Source of the DNA: Atractiella rhizophila
Lineage: Eukaryota
DNA length: 37,915 nucleotides
Assembly (NCBI GenBank): GCA_021432655.1
Contig: MU271628.1
Location: 1-37,915 of the forward strand
Direction of reading: 5' to 3'
Shown: positions 9,513-27,665 of the stretch, piece by piece
How positions within the stretch are numbered: position 1 is the stretch's first letter
How the letters are laid out: every line of letters begins with the position of its first letter
The notes under the pieces: generated by a model
What the model saw: the letters and a program-made list of their open reading frames with translations, nothing else
What the model was told of the DNA's origin: nothing
Database searches by the model: none
Made by a program: the position numbers and the translations under genes

Positions 9513-12500
9513 TAGAGGTGTCAACGAGTACAGGATTCGCTGGTACTCACGTTGCAGGTACTCGCCTACAACGAGTTGCGAGACAGCCGTTTGACTGTTT
9601 TCAGGAGACGGGTACCTCTTGTGCCGTACCCACACTGTGCGCAAATCATCCAAGCATTAGCCCAGGTATCCGTGCTGTGCTAGGCTCCTCCGCTGCCCCA
9701 ATGGTCCAATCCAACCAACCCTTCCCAACCACAAACGTCCAGCTGCTGCATGGACATCGACAGGGCTCTCTTAGAGTCGCAACAGCTCGCCTCTAGTTTT
9801 CTTTCATCTCAATTCGAATCCGAACAAGCGTCCTTTCGTCCCCTCCTCTTCATGACCAACAACGCTCGACACCAACCATCTATCTGTGATATTCTACATG
9901 TACGATGCTCGCGAGTGTCATCCGATGGCTTCTACGCCAGAGTTTGAGATTCTTTCCTTGTTCTTTTTGTCAAGTTATTTCTGTAGTAAGTCTTCCTTTA
10001 AAAGTCGCTTGTTGGACTAGTAGCTAACACCATCTTCAATCCAGAGTTGAATTCGCACTACGACATCATGTCTGAAGCTGAGGCAGAAGGTCCGGTTTTG
10101 CAGAACAATCCTTGCTCCGAATCCTCCTCCTCAACCCCAATCAGTTCTCAGAAGGATGACCTTGCCCCTACCATCAATGCCCCAATGAGAAAGTCGGCGA
10201 AGAAGCCTCATGATCCCGCTTTGGATTCAGCTTCAGACCTTTCTGATGATGAAAATGATTTCCGTAAGTCTACTTTGCTCATATTTCAAGAGCCGTTTGT
10301 TTACTACTGGTACAAGGTCGCCGTAAGTGCACCTGGGTCTCCAAGAAGATGAGGGAGCTCTACGCTCATTTTTGTATTGAAAAAGCGAAGGATACGAAAG
10401 GTTACAATCGGAGGACGCTTCAAGGAGAGTTATACATTGCATACTATTGCAAAGAGTGTGTTACTGCCTACTCATTTCCTTTCACTGACTTTCCGCTGTC
10501 CAGATCACCAGAAAGTCCTCCCCTTCTTCGCGCCATAAGCGATGTTACGACTACCAACCTGCGCAAGCACTTCAATAGGTGCATCCTAATGCCAATAACG
10601 ACATTCGCTCTGCTCTCAGCTGCACATACACTCGCGCCGCCTTTCGTGTTCTGTCAACGGAGTGGATTGTTGAGAGCGGACAGCCATTCTCGATTCTTTA
10701 GGACCGAAAACTTCAAGAGATTCTGTGCATGCTCTACAATGGAATTAATATCCATGGCCAGATGACTGTATCGCTGGACGTTAAGCGGTATTACGAGCTT
10801 TCGAAGGCAATTGTTGTGAAGGAACTCCAAGTTCGTTCTTTTTCACTCCGGGAATCAGTTAGTATAGTACTTATGATTGTATTGGCAATGGGATAGACTC
10901 ACAGGGGCACACTTCATTCAACAACTGACATCTGAATTGCTTCTAATCGCACAAATCTCCTTGTGTTGACGATACATTGGTACTAAGATGACATGCTCCA
11001 GCAATTCCTCATGGATTTAATCCCATAAGTTTCTGCTCGATTCGTGGCTTGGACCAAATACTTATTTTGCTCATGGTCAGTTTACATGGACGGCATACGG
11101 GCGAACTGCTTGCGAGAACGATAGCAGTGACATGGGATGAGTTTAAGATTTGTGGAAAGGTATGCAATGTTTTATCTTTTGCTCACTTCCGGAGCTGAAT
11201 CCGATTTTCTAGGTTATCACACTCGGCGGAGACAGTGCTTCCAACAACCTCTTAGCTGCTGAAAGACTCAGAACTGAGGTAAAGCGGATAACGGGGAAGG
11301 ACACGTTTTTAAGCAAGAATGCCTACTCTCAGTGCTTGGGGCATGTTTTGAATCTTGTTATGCTGGTAAGCTACTCTTTGTTTCTTTATTTGACTTCAAC
11401 TGCATGCTCATTCTGATACGGATGTGAGCAGGCTATGTACTCACTATTCCTCTATAAACGTGGCAAAGGAGAAGGTGATATCGATGAAGAAGAAGCGCTC
11501 TTTGGTGCAGTTCCAGAGAACGAGGTTGACGAAGGAGAAAACGATGCGATGCCGATGCGGAGGCTCTTCTCAACCAAGTCGGCGACCTTTTGAGCGAAAT
11601 GGAAGCTGAGGAAGAAGTCGAAGAAGAGTCGGAGTCGGAGGTGTCCAAACCCTTGGCTAAGTTAACAGAAGACGAAAAGAAAGCAGCGAAATTTCTATTA
11701 ACCAAGGTGCGTTATCTCAATGCTTTGCCTGAGCGCTCCCTCCTATTCACGCTTAACGATTTTAACTTAGGTTGTATGCATGGCAAAGGGGATTCATTTT
11801 TCCACACCGAAGGCAGAACTGCTAAAGTCGTGGGCGAAAGAGAATCAAGTCGAATATAAGGAGCTAGCACGGGCAGTAAGGTGTGTTAAAACTTGTTGTC
11901 GTTATAAATTCTAACGTCTTCTTGGTGCAGGCACCGCTGGAACGCTTACCATCTTTGGATCACCTCCGTCACCCATCTTCAAACAGCCATCAATGAAATT
12001 ACAAGTCGAAAGTACAAGGAGTATGGGCTGACAAAGTGGGATGTGGCGGATGAAGAGTGGACCGTCTTGGATGATTTGAAGACTTTGGAAAAGGTGAGTT
12101 TTCTGTTGCCGACATGGATACGATCTCGTAAGTAGCTAGCTGTTCTACGATGCCACTCTCTTCATCTCCCCGAAGGGAGTCCCTCTCGCTCACCTCGTCA
12201 TTCCTGTTATGGACAAGCTGCAAGCACACCTCGACAGCATTCGTTCGAACAAGAACATTTCGAAGATTGTGCGCCATGCTGTACTCACTGGGACGAATAT
12301 TCTCAATAAGTTTTACTCGCTCACCGACAACTCGCCTTTTTATCGCATGGCGATGTGTACGTATATTTACATTTATTCTCCTCGTGTACAGAGTATTAAC
12401 TGGTCTGTTACATAGATGCGGCCCCAAACTTCAAGCTCAAGTATTTCAGGTCTCAAAACTGGCCGGACGAGTGGATCGAGGAAGTGGAGCGCCTTACGAA

Positions 12501-13642
12501 AGAATACTTGGAGAAGAACTATCCTGAAGCACTCAGGATTTCCAAGAGCTTGAGCTCAAGAAGACCCACACAGAAATCTGTTCGTTTTGAGTTTGCTATT
12601 GATAGGAACTTTGTGCTAACAATCAATCTAGGCAGTTCAAGACAACTCGAGTTTTTTTGACGACCTTCTCAGCAGTAACAGCTGCACAAGCGCTAAACAC
12701 GACCCTTTGAAGAGTCTCTGGGATCAGTATAGTAGCGAAGGAGTTGTCAAGGATGTTGGAAATCCATTGCAATGGTGGGCAGCCCGCATGAAAGAGGCAG
12801 AGAAGAAGGGGCGCGTGGATTATCTTGTACAATGGGGTTTGGATGTTCTGTCCACACCAGGTAAGCTCGTATCCTTTATCTCTTTGCTCTTTGGCTCTGA
12901 CTAACTGTATCTACAAGTGACCTCAATCGACGTTGAACGAATCTTCTCCGTCACCGGCAATACCATCACTCCCCGCCGAAATTGACTCTCTCCGGAAAGT
13001 TCCCGTGCAGCAGTTGTCCTTGGTGCCTGGAGTAAATTTGATGGAGCTTTCTAGCGAGGAAAGAGTCTGAGGCGGAGTTGACTGGGGGTTGGGAGCGTGC
13101 AGGCAAGGGGTAGGGAAAGAAGAGAGGGCGGTCTGCTGCTGCAGATGAGATGGAAGATGGAGAGGGTATGAGTAGCAAGGTAGTCGTTATTGAAGACAAC
13201 TGACCTACTGCTACGTTGAAAAAAGTGTCTGAGGGCGTAAGGCTGGAAGGTCTTATTGCTTCGAGTTCTTCGGTCTGTCTTTTTTGCATCAGCGTAACTT
13301 AGAGGGACTATAGCTTTACTTGTTGGGTTTATTTCCTGCAAAATATCTACCGTACTGAAATTGGATGATCTTATAATAATAACATTTAAACTGGAAAAGA
13401 TATCAATTAAATTTCAACTCATAAGTACCCGTTCTATGACAAGTACTCATTAACTTGTGCTCGTGAGTACCCTGGCAAGACAACGAGTACTTTTTAGCTA
13501 CACGGGTATCTGTACTCGTCCATACTCATTTACAGCACGAGTACTCTCAGGTAATACTCGTGAGTCAAGGGTACTTGTGCTGTGCGAGTACAACGAGCGT
13601 TGAGCTGAGGTTTTACTTCCCAATTACTCGTCGGCAACTCTA
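9513..13642 (+). mobile_element. Full-length hAT-superfamily DNA transposon (4130 bp)
   Basis: 18-bp TIRs: TAGAGGTGTCAACGAGTA (9513-9530) vs reverse complement TAGAGTTGCCGACGAGTA (13625-13642), 15/18. 8-bp TSD CCCCAACC (9505-9512) / TCCCAACC (13643-13650). Subterminal GAGTAC/GTACTC motifs; internal transposase. Confidence 0.93.
9750..13203 (+). pseudogene. Multi-intron hAT transposase, decayed (BED-like finger, DDE core, dimerization domain); ends approximate
   Basis: Exon fragments: YYCKEC...TTTNLRKHFNRC; HGRHTGELLA; TLGGDSASNN; QCLGHVLNLV; RWN; FYSLTDNSPFYRMAM; NPLQWWAARM...WGLDVLSTP|VTSIDVERIFSVTGNTITPRRN*LSPES. In-frame stops and frameshifts present. Confidence 0.88.
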
Positions 13643-14391
13643 TCCCAACCCACTCACAAGGGGCATGGCCCCTCGAACCCCACAGTGATCAGATCATGTA
13701 AGAGTTCGAGTCCAGTAGGAAGTGTATTTTTTTAAACACTTGCAGAATAAAATTTCCTTGTAGGTTCAGAAAGGGGCAAGCATATGGGTCACAATGGCAT
13801 AATTTACTTCATGCTATTGTGCATGGCGAGGGAGGTGTAAGGGCTCAAAAATGCCTCTTATGACTCATGCCAAGAACTGATGAACCTTAGAGGATAGCAT
13901 ATGCATGGATACTGCCATGAACAGTAAAGTATATCTCATGAAACATGTAGAATAGCTAGATCAGGAAAGCAACAAAGAAAATAATTGGAAATAAAATATA
14001 ATAAGTAGGACAGTTAAAATGTTGTCAAAACGAAACAGTGACAGTGCAGACCGGCGAAATGTACAAGGTTTACTGAGCAGCCATTTGTATGAGAGGAGGG
14101 AAAGCGGTGGAGAGCGCGGGTATACGCAAAGCGGCAAGGGTAGACATGAGATCCTATGAAGTAGGAAGGTAGGTCATGTGACTTAGGCTGGCGCATTTCA
14201 GTAATGTGCAGGAGCAAGCCTGACAACTGCATCGCGCGCTGATCACCAAACTCATCAACCAACCGCTCTCCCAAGCTCACTCAGCTCTCCTTTCAACTAT
14301 CGCCCACTTTCTTTATCATCAATCCTCCAACCCAAGAATACATTCACTACCTGCAGCCACACCCACCAAAAAAAATTTGTGACCTTGAATG

Positions 14392-14882
14392 TGTCAGGCT
14401 TGCCCCTACGCATTACCGAAATACACCATTTGAAGTCACGTGACCTACTTTCACCACATCATAGGATCACGTGCCTGCCCATCGCCGCTTTGCTCACGTT
14501 CGTGCTGATCGCCACCTTCCCCTATCTCACACGAATCGCCGCTCAGCAAACCTTACACATTTCGCTGGTCTGCACCGTCTCCATTATTGCTTTATTGTCC
14601 TTTCTCACTTGTACTGCTCAGTATGTCTTATTTCCGAGTATTCCCTTTATTGCTTTCCTGATCTAGCTATCTTACATGTCTCAAGAAACGTATGTTACAG
14701 TTTATGGCAGTGCTTTTACATATGTATATATGCATCGAGATGTAGTGGTGGTGACCTCAGAGTATTCTCTTAGGTTTACCTCCACTACAGGTTAGTCTCC
14801 TCATGCCATAATATTCTCTTAGGTTTACCTCCACTACAGACGCATCGCCTGTCGGCGACCGCACATAGTGTCCGCCCTAACA
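14392..14882 (+). mobile_element. Gypsy solo LTR (491 bp)
   Basis: TGTCAGG...CCCTAACA; very similar to 3508-3997; 5-bp TSD GAATG (14387-14391) / GAAGG (14883-14887) with one mismatch. Confidence 0.92.
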
Positions 14883-15925
14883 GAAGGAAGGAGATGGCAC
14901 CAGAGGGCAGTCCGATGAGTAACAACGCCTTGCTAGACATGAACTTGGGTCTCTCTTTCTTCATTCCGGAAACTTCCAATCCACGTATTCGTTTTCTCTA
15001 TGAGCTTTCAGACTTGGGCACCTACTGTATTCTGCTGAACCCAGATCTCTTATGGATACTTGCCACAAGGGTCTCATAGAGGTGGTGGAAAGGGACGGTG
15101 TGGACGTGAACGTGGCCAAAACAACACTTTTCTTCAAAACCTTTGACAAACTTTGGAAACCTTTCTCCAGTCTGAATCAGAAAGACTTTGCGATGCCATA
15201 CTTCGCTCTCTACATTATAAGTTTGCGGACATTCTCTCTGACCTTTCAGTTGCCTCCAAGTTCGGAGACAATGTTTATCCTCCACTCCACATTGAGGAGC
15301 AAGCGGAACACATCCTAACCTTTGTGGCTCACAGGACTGGCACGCACCTCAAAGTTCCATCCGCAACTCATATTGCAAGCTATTGACATCTGGTGCCTCC
15401 CCTCCACTGACTGCCCGTTCTACAGCAGTTCATGTTGGTACAGCAACCCCACAAAAGAGTCAACTTTAAACCACCAGTGGTGAAAACGGCTCAAGCAGGA
15501 TGGACAGAATTGGGCATGCCAGTGTTCTACACCTAGCATACACCGGAAGAACTGGGCCAAGAAGTAAAGAGGGAAGTGATAGACGACGTGAGATGGGAAG
15601 AGGAGAGGGAGGAGGAACCAGAGGAGGAAGAGCAGAACGTAGTGGAAGCAATCCAATACGTCGTCGAGGCAACCAAACCGGAAGATTCAAGCGTCGTATG
15701 GAGGAGCACAACTTATCTGCACAACAGATCCAAGTCCTCCATATCTCCTTCGACAAGAACCACTAGAGGATTCAGAAACGCGTTAGGGGTTATCCAAACG
15801 AGTAATGTTACATTGCGATGATGCTTGAGAAAGGCTAACAAAATACAAACCATTGGAGGCGACGACACATACTTAAGGATATGGAGATGAAGATATAAAC
15901 AATCGCGAGAAACAGGTATCAGACA

Positions 15926-18900
15926 CTACGCAAGGTACTATTGTCACTGTCAGAGCACGCCGTGGTCAAAGGGATAGCAACATAGCAACATACCTTATAA
16001 CCGTCTCGTGTACCATTGACCTTTGTCCTCTCAACATATTCCTTTTCTAACAGCGTTTCCAAGGCTCGTTTGATATCTTTGGGTTGTGGCCTAAATCTGT
16101 CCTTGAGGGATGCAATGGTTTCCTACATCAGGTTTCAATAGACCTCTTCAAAAAGGAGTAGAGAGCTGCGAACGAGAACGAGAGCCTGATACTCCATTGT
16201 CTGATGCTTTTTCATCGATCTGACATTGAATGTGATCATCAGCGATACTCATCCATTCAGAGTGGAAAGAGACCCACCGAACAATACTCGCTTGAATGGT
16301 AAGTGAACGGTCCCTCCAGATGGCTTCTTCGACATCATCATCGTCGTTCTTCTCCTTCTGCACCTCTTTCTCCTTTCCGTTTCCTGCAGGTGCTTTGATT
16401 GCTCGATCAAGCTGTACTTTCACATTCTTGAACCTTGCATCTGCATGAACGTTTCATGAATTAGATTGTTTCGATGGAGAAAGACAAGAAGCAGACCGAG
16501 ATTCAGTTTGTAGTTGTCTTCCGCCAAAATGAGAACCCGAGCGTTAACCAGTCTATCCAACGCGGTCTCGACAGATTCATTTTCACCTTCGCTGCTTCGA
16601 TTCATTCCGATCTTGTCCTTTACCTCAGCGCGGGAAAAGGTGGTCGTCGATTCGTTGTTGAATTGGAGAAGGATCGTAGCCTGTAGGAGCGAAAGAGAGT
16701 AGAGGTATTTCTTCCCTTTGGTATACAAAGTCTGAAGCTCCACTGTTGAGACGTTCCACTGCCAAAGTAGGGTCCGATTGCTTCGGGGGACAAAGATCAG
16801 CATTCACCTCTACTGCAAAAGGGGAGAAGAAATAGTCACTTGAATTTCGTCTTATAAAAGGCCGTGAACGCCTGACATGTCTCCAACAGCTCTGGTGGAA
16901 GCACCAATTGCCATTCGCATTGTTTCAGAGAGTAGGTCCAGGAGGAGAAGACGTGCATGCTCAGGCCTGTCATTCTCACGCTCGGGAACGTGTTCCACTC
17001 AGATGGGGACGCAAGAATAGACAATCCCTTCTGCCGATTCTGAAAGGTGCTCGTTAAATCTTCAGATACCTTCGAGTCTGTATTACCGCATCAGTGGATC
17101 CATAGCGCGTTGAAAATCAACGACGGACCTCGAACTAACTGGCTTATCTTCCTAGTTTCTCCTACTGTCGATAGAGTGTTCACGAGTCTGTCCTCCTCTT
17201 CATGCGAGATGCTCTGCCCTTTCACTACTCGGCGGATGTAAAACCTAGCATGATAAGCAAGGAAGGCGTCTTTGTCTTCAAGAGCATTAAAAAAGCGCAT
17301 CTATCCCGCCATGACATCATCAACACCTCGTTTCTCCCCGTTGCGTGAATAGGGAGCGGAGAGACTCACGACGCCTTCAAAGTTGACTGTCTCGCCCTGG
17401 GATTGCGGACTTGCAGCCAGATTGGTTGAGAGGAGTCCATCGACATAAACCGCTAGGAGATAGGAAGGCGACATCTCCCCTGCGGTTTCTTTGGTATTGA
17501 CCAATTTATGGAAGGCCTTCTCGACGGCCATTCCCACACGAATATCATCTATCCATTTCATAAATCAGTTCTTGTTGTTCTGAGAGACCACGTGGTGACG
17601 AACCGTTGAAGAACTCCTTGGCTAATTGCAAACAGCTCCCTCTCAATGCGAGGAAGTACTTCATCCTCTCCCCTCCTTTTCTCTCCTTCCCTTCCTTGTT
17701 CCCTACTGCAACCACCAAATTCTCCAAATCCGTTGCCATCTCCTTCCCGCCTCCATCGTCGGCCTTCATCCAAGCGTCAGTCATGTCCTTCAATCCTACA
17801 CCCAGCCAAACCGTCGTCATTCATGCCAGACTCGCTTCATTGGAAGAAAGAAAATGTAGAAACGGACTTAGTATTCCTTCCCCCTCTCCGCTCTCCAGTC
17901 TTCCCTCCAAAGGCCAAACCATGTCGTCAAAACCAGGTATTTCTACAGCACCCAGAACGATCAGTGCAGAGAGGAAATCCCCAATCTTCCTCCGGACACC
18001 CTGGAAAGAACCGAGGAACGAGAGCCTGAGGTTCTTTTCTTCTGATGTGAGTGAGCGCTCGCCATCTTCAAGGTAGGAACGCAAAGTGGTTAGCGCCGGC
18101 CCAGATGTGGACGTGGAGGGTGAGGAGGATGAAGGGTAAATGGATGAGATGGAGCCGCGGTAAGTTCCGTAGAGGTGCCTGAGGAGCGGACGTTCGAATG
18201 TGTCCGAATAAATCTCGGGGTCCAGTTCATCTGTTCTATAACGTCAGCCTAGCTTCCCTGGGAGCTGTTCTCCACAGTCCTCGTGTGTGAAGGAGAGGAA
18301 CTGACAGAGACATTCGATGAAATCTTTCAGCGCCTCCAACTCCTCCAACCTCTCCAACCTATTTCCTCCATTTACATTCAAGGCTGATTCTCGTATGGAG
18401 GAGCTTGGTGTTTTCCCATCCTTCCAAGGAGGAAGGACCAATTTACCAGTCGAGGGAAAGATGATCTCTCCGTCATTTGCGCGGACGAATTCGAGGACGG
18501 ACTCTTCGAGTTTGCCAGAGATGGCAGAGTGCAGATCTTCTCGCCAGAGGTTGGTCATCATCTATGTATTCCATTCCGTCCGTCAGATCCATCATCTGAG
18601 CCATTAGAGCTAGAGACATACCTGCAAGATCGAACGAGGAGCTTCGTATCCATAATCCTTGAATACTGGTCGGAGTGTACTCTGCCTGGATGTGTCGTCA
18701 GGAAACAATATCTGGGGTATACCCCCCACTGCGTCGGCTGCAGTTTCATCCGGCAACTCCACATTGCTCTGCACGATGACCCTATCGAGGGCGTTCGCCT
18801 TCTCGAAGACTTGACGATAGGCGGAAGTGTATGTGGTGAAGATCTGGACCGGGGAGGAAAGGGTGAGGAGGGTGGTGAGGCTGAGGGTAAGGAAGGAAGA

Positions 18901-19666
18901 GAGGCAGGTCTCAATGTGTGTGAGGAGGTGGAGCGGTCCACCATGTGTTCCATATCTGTCGGTCACTTTTGATTCGATCAGCGAATGTGCCAGCGAGGAA
19001 TGGAGAACACACGATGGGAAAGTTCCGGGGACGATGGGGACTTGGATATGTATTCTTTCACCCAACTAATGTATCCATCAGCTCTCTTCTTTTAGAACAT
19101 ACAGGATAGATGCACCTTTTGATCATATCTTCGTCAACCACAGCCTCGCGATCTTCCAACCATCCCTCCAACCGTTCCCAAACAGTCTTTGCACTCTCCG
19201 CCCTCTTCTTCTCTCCCCTCACTCTATCTTTAGCCTTCACTTCTCCCACATTTCCCACTTTAGCCACGATCGGATCGGGTTTGACGACCGTTGGCGGAGG
19301 CAAGGGGGTTCCTTTTGTATCGACACCCTTCTGCTCCTTCGTCTTCGCGTCATTCTTCGTCGCAGGCGTAGTAGCGGCGACATTGACGGGCCTGGGTTTA
19401 CGTTTCAGTGCATGCAGCAGAAACGTGGGCAGAGTGCGAAGACGTCACCCGCCATCCGTCGACGCGCTGCTGCTCTTCAACCTTTTCGCTTTGGACGCTT
19501 TGGGAGGTTTTGGAGTCTTGGTCTTGGCTTTGCTGGTTGAGTCGACACGGGTGCCTGGTGGATAGGGATTGCGGATGCCTGTCAAGTAGAATCGACGCTT
19601 CTTTCGCGCTCCACGAGGAGCGATCGTGTCGTCGTGGTACCAGTCGTTCCAGGATAGAGAGGGCAT
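15926..19666 (-). CDS. Divergent cullin-family protein (multi-exon), most like cullin-1
   Basis: Cullin homology motifs YLLAVYVDGLL, FFNALEDKDAFLAYHARFYIRRVV, LPPELLETCQAFTAFYK and NRTLLWQWNVSTVEL. The spliced C-terminus reads DRSLTIQASIVR|SMKKHQTMEYQALVL|ETIASLKDRFRPQPKDIKRALETLLEKEYVER...GYK|YLA* (Nedd8 domain, canonical YLA end, stop at 15926-15928). N-terminal exon structure is less certain. Confidence 0.88.
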
Positions 19667-20207
19667 GTCTCAGCTGCTGGCCGTGGCGTATAGTAGATGC
19701 AGCTTAGAAGAATATGTAGCTGGGAATGAGATGACAAGAGATATCAGAGAGAATCAGAAGACTTTCATACCTCGGCAACTGACGCTTCCTCGTCGCCCTC
19801 GTTCGGCCGCTGCCTAAGTTTGCACCTTTGTTCAGTGATGGAGTGGTGAACTGTCAGGTCAATGTGCCCGCGCGGTGGGTCCCTTCGTCCGCCTGGAACC
19901 TGGATTCTCGGTTCTCGCTTTACCAGTTACCACGTTCACCTGGTGCAGTGTCGAATCATTTCGGCTGTGATACTGGCAGTGGTGTTATGACGTCTGCTTG
20001 GCAATTAGGCAGTGAGCGAGGAAGGGAGACGTTTTGGTGCCGTTATCAATTTCATATGCGCGTTCCCCAATGCGACACGTGCGAATCAGACAAACAAACA
20101 ACCAAACTGAATTATCAAGGCATACATCCCGATAAACTGAACTGAGCTTAAGGCCGAAGCTACAACAATGTACCTGTTTTATCTCTACCACTGGAGCCTC
20201 ATGACTG

Positions 20208-20737
20208 ATGGATGTTTGCAGGGAAGGAGCGATGTGGGAATTGAAGTTTCCCCTGCAGTTGGACCAGGAGCCTCCGCTCTATGATTCCACTTCTCACCCC
20301 AAGTATTGCTTCGGCTGGAAAATCCCTCGTGAAGTTCTCCAGAAATACGCGACAGAGCATTTTGGAAATGGCAATGTTGAAAACAGGGTCATGGAGGACC
20401 TCCTTCCTAGGTGGTGGGCGGAGGCGGGCTTGCCGTAAGCACTTTCTCCCATTCCGACACGCCCCGCAACTCTGCTATGTGCTTATTGGTTATTCCTTGG
20501 TGACAGGAAAGTGCAGTACGGCCCGATCCTTTACCTAGGGTACAGAGCTTACGCGATGCCTGTTAGGGTGGACGTAACATCTTGACGGAGAGGCGATCCT
20601 GTCGTCCTCGCAGTGGTCGTTCGATGGGCGCAGCTGACTGAGCTTATGTAGAGGCGGCTGGAGAGAGCTTGATGAGAGTCGGAAGGAGAAGTATACGTGG
20701 TTCTACGGCGATCGAAGCTCCCGTAATTTCTTTGTGA
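20208..20737 (+). pseudogene. Small hypothetical gene or pseudogene
   Basis: The ORF MWELKFPLQLDQEPPLYDSTSHPKYCFGWKIPREVLQKYA...WWAEAGLP ends at a GTAAGC donor, with an acceptor ...GTGACAG near 20506. The second part has stops in all frames; a paralogous remnant lies at 27666-27889. Confidence 0.4.
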
Positions 20738-21017
20738 AATTTGCGTAGTTCAAGAGTGAATATAGTAACATTCGTGTGAAATCGATTAGAGTCATTTCTA
20801 GCAGGTTTGGTGAGGACAGAAAGCTGGCGGTTCGGTTTGATTTGATAAGAAGGGCAACACAGGCACAGGCGCAGGGAGAGAGTACGTTAAATGGTATAAA
20901 AATGTCGGTAAAATACGCGTAAGGCGGGACGGTTTTATTATTGAATTCCTTGAAACAGTCGATTAAGCACTTTATCCAATGATCTAGCAACTTTAAGTGT
21001 GAATGGGGGAGACGTAA

Positions 21018-27129
<6,112 letters not shown>

Positions 27130-27665
27130 TGCGCTAATGCCCCCACCTCTGATAGATACCCAACTAGACCCATGTTCATGGATTTATGAAGGCATAAAAG
27201 CAGGGTCACAAATCGAGTCACTGTCAAACTAGTACGATGAAGAAATCGTCGCTAAATTGATAAGTTGGTACCGAGAATCCTCTTCTCTTCATTAATATCG
27301 GCGTTAGGAGTCACCCATCACTCTGAAGGATGACAAGAGGACAAATACAGGCCCTTGGGATGACAGCCCTGAGCGGTCGACGAGGCTACATAGATTGTAG
27401 ATGGCGTTGCATGGATTCCGATATGGAATACGATCATCCTCTAGTGAATCTGACGGTAGACGGATGAGAGACCTTAACTCCCGCTGTGCTTCTCTCCACT
27501 TCTGTTAGGGGAAAGCAGGCAATTTCTCTTTGTGTTGATGCCGTTCCTGCCGTTTCTATCTCTCCCGTGCTCTTTGTCGTGAGCGTGGCACAGGCCTGAA
27601 ATTGACTGAATGAGGTTTAGAGGTTTACGCTTGAGCACGCTCCTTAGCTGTTCTGACGCGCGTGA

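Larger units (their letters stand above)
9467..13894. mobile_element. Unclassified ~290-bp insertion in the solo LTR (9467-9512 plus 13651-13894), itself interrupted by the hAT
   Basis: Non-LTR sequence lies between the two LTR pieces on both sides of the hAT. Flanked by TA (9465-9466) and TA (13895-13896). No clear TIR. Confidence 0.55.
9318..14225 (-). mobile_element. Gypsy solo LTR split by nested insertions (pieces 9318-9466 and ~13897-14225)
   Basis: Plus strand begins TGTTAGGG and ends CCTGACA. The two pieces join to ~480 bp collinear with the other LTRs. Perfect 5-bp TSD ACTGC at 9313-9317 and 14226-14230. Confidence 0.9.

Noticed and set aside
13690..13735. tRNA gene around GTTCGAGTCC
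   Set aside because: No convincing A-box or cloverleaf; kept only as a motif of the unclassified insert.
14883..15821. Fragmented plus-strand coding-like sequence with an acidic stretch
   Set aside because: May be a pseudogene hit by the solo LTR, but no family could be recognised and no consistent exon model built.
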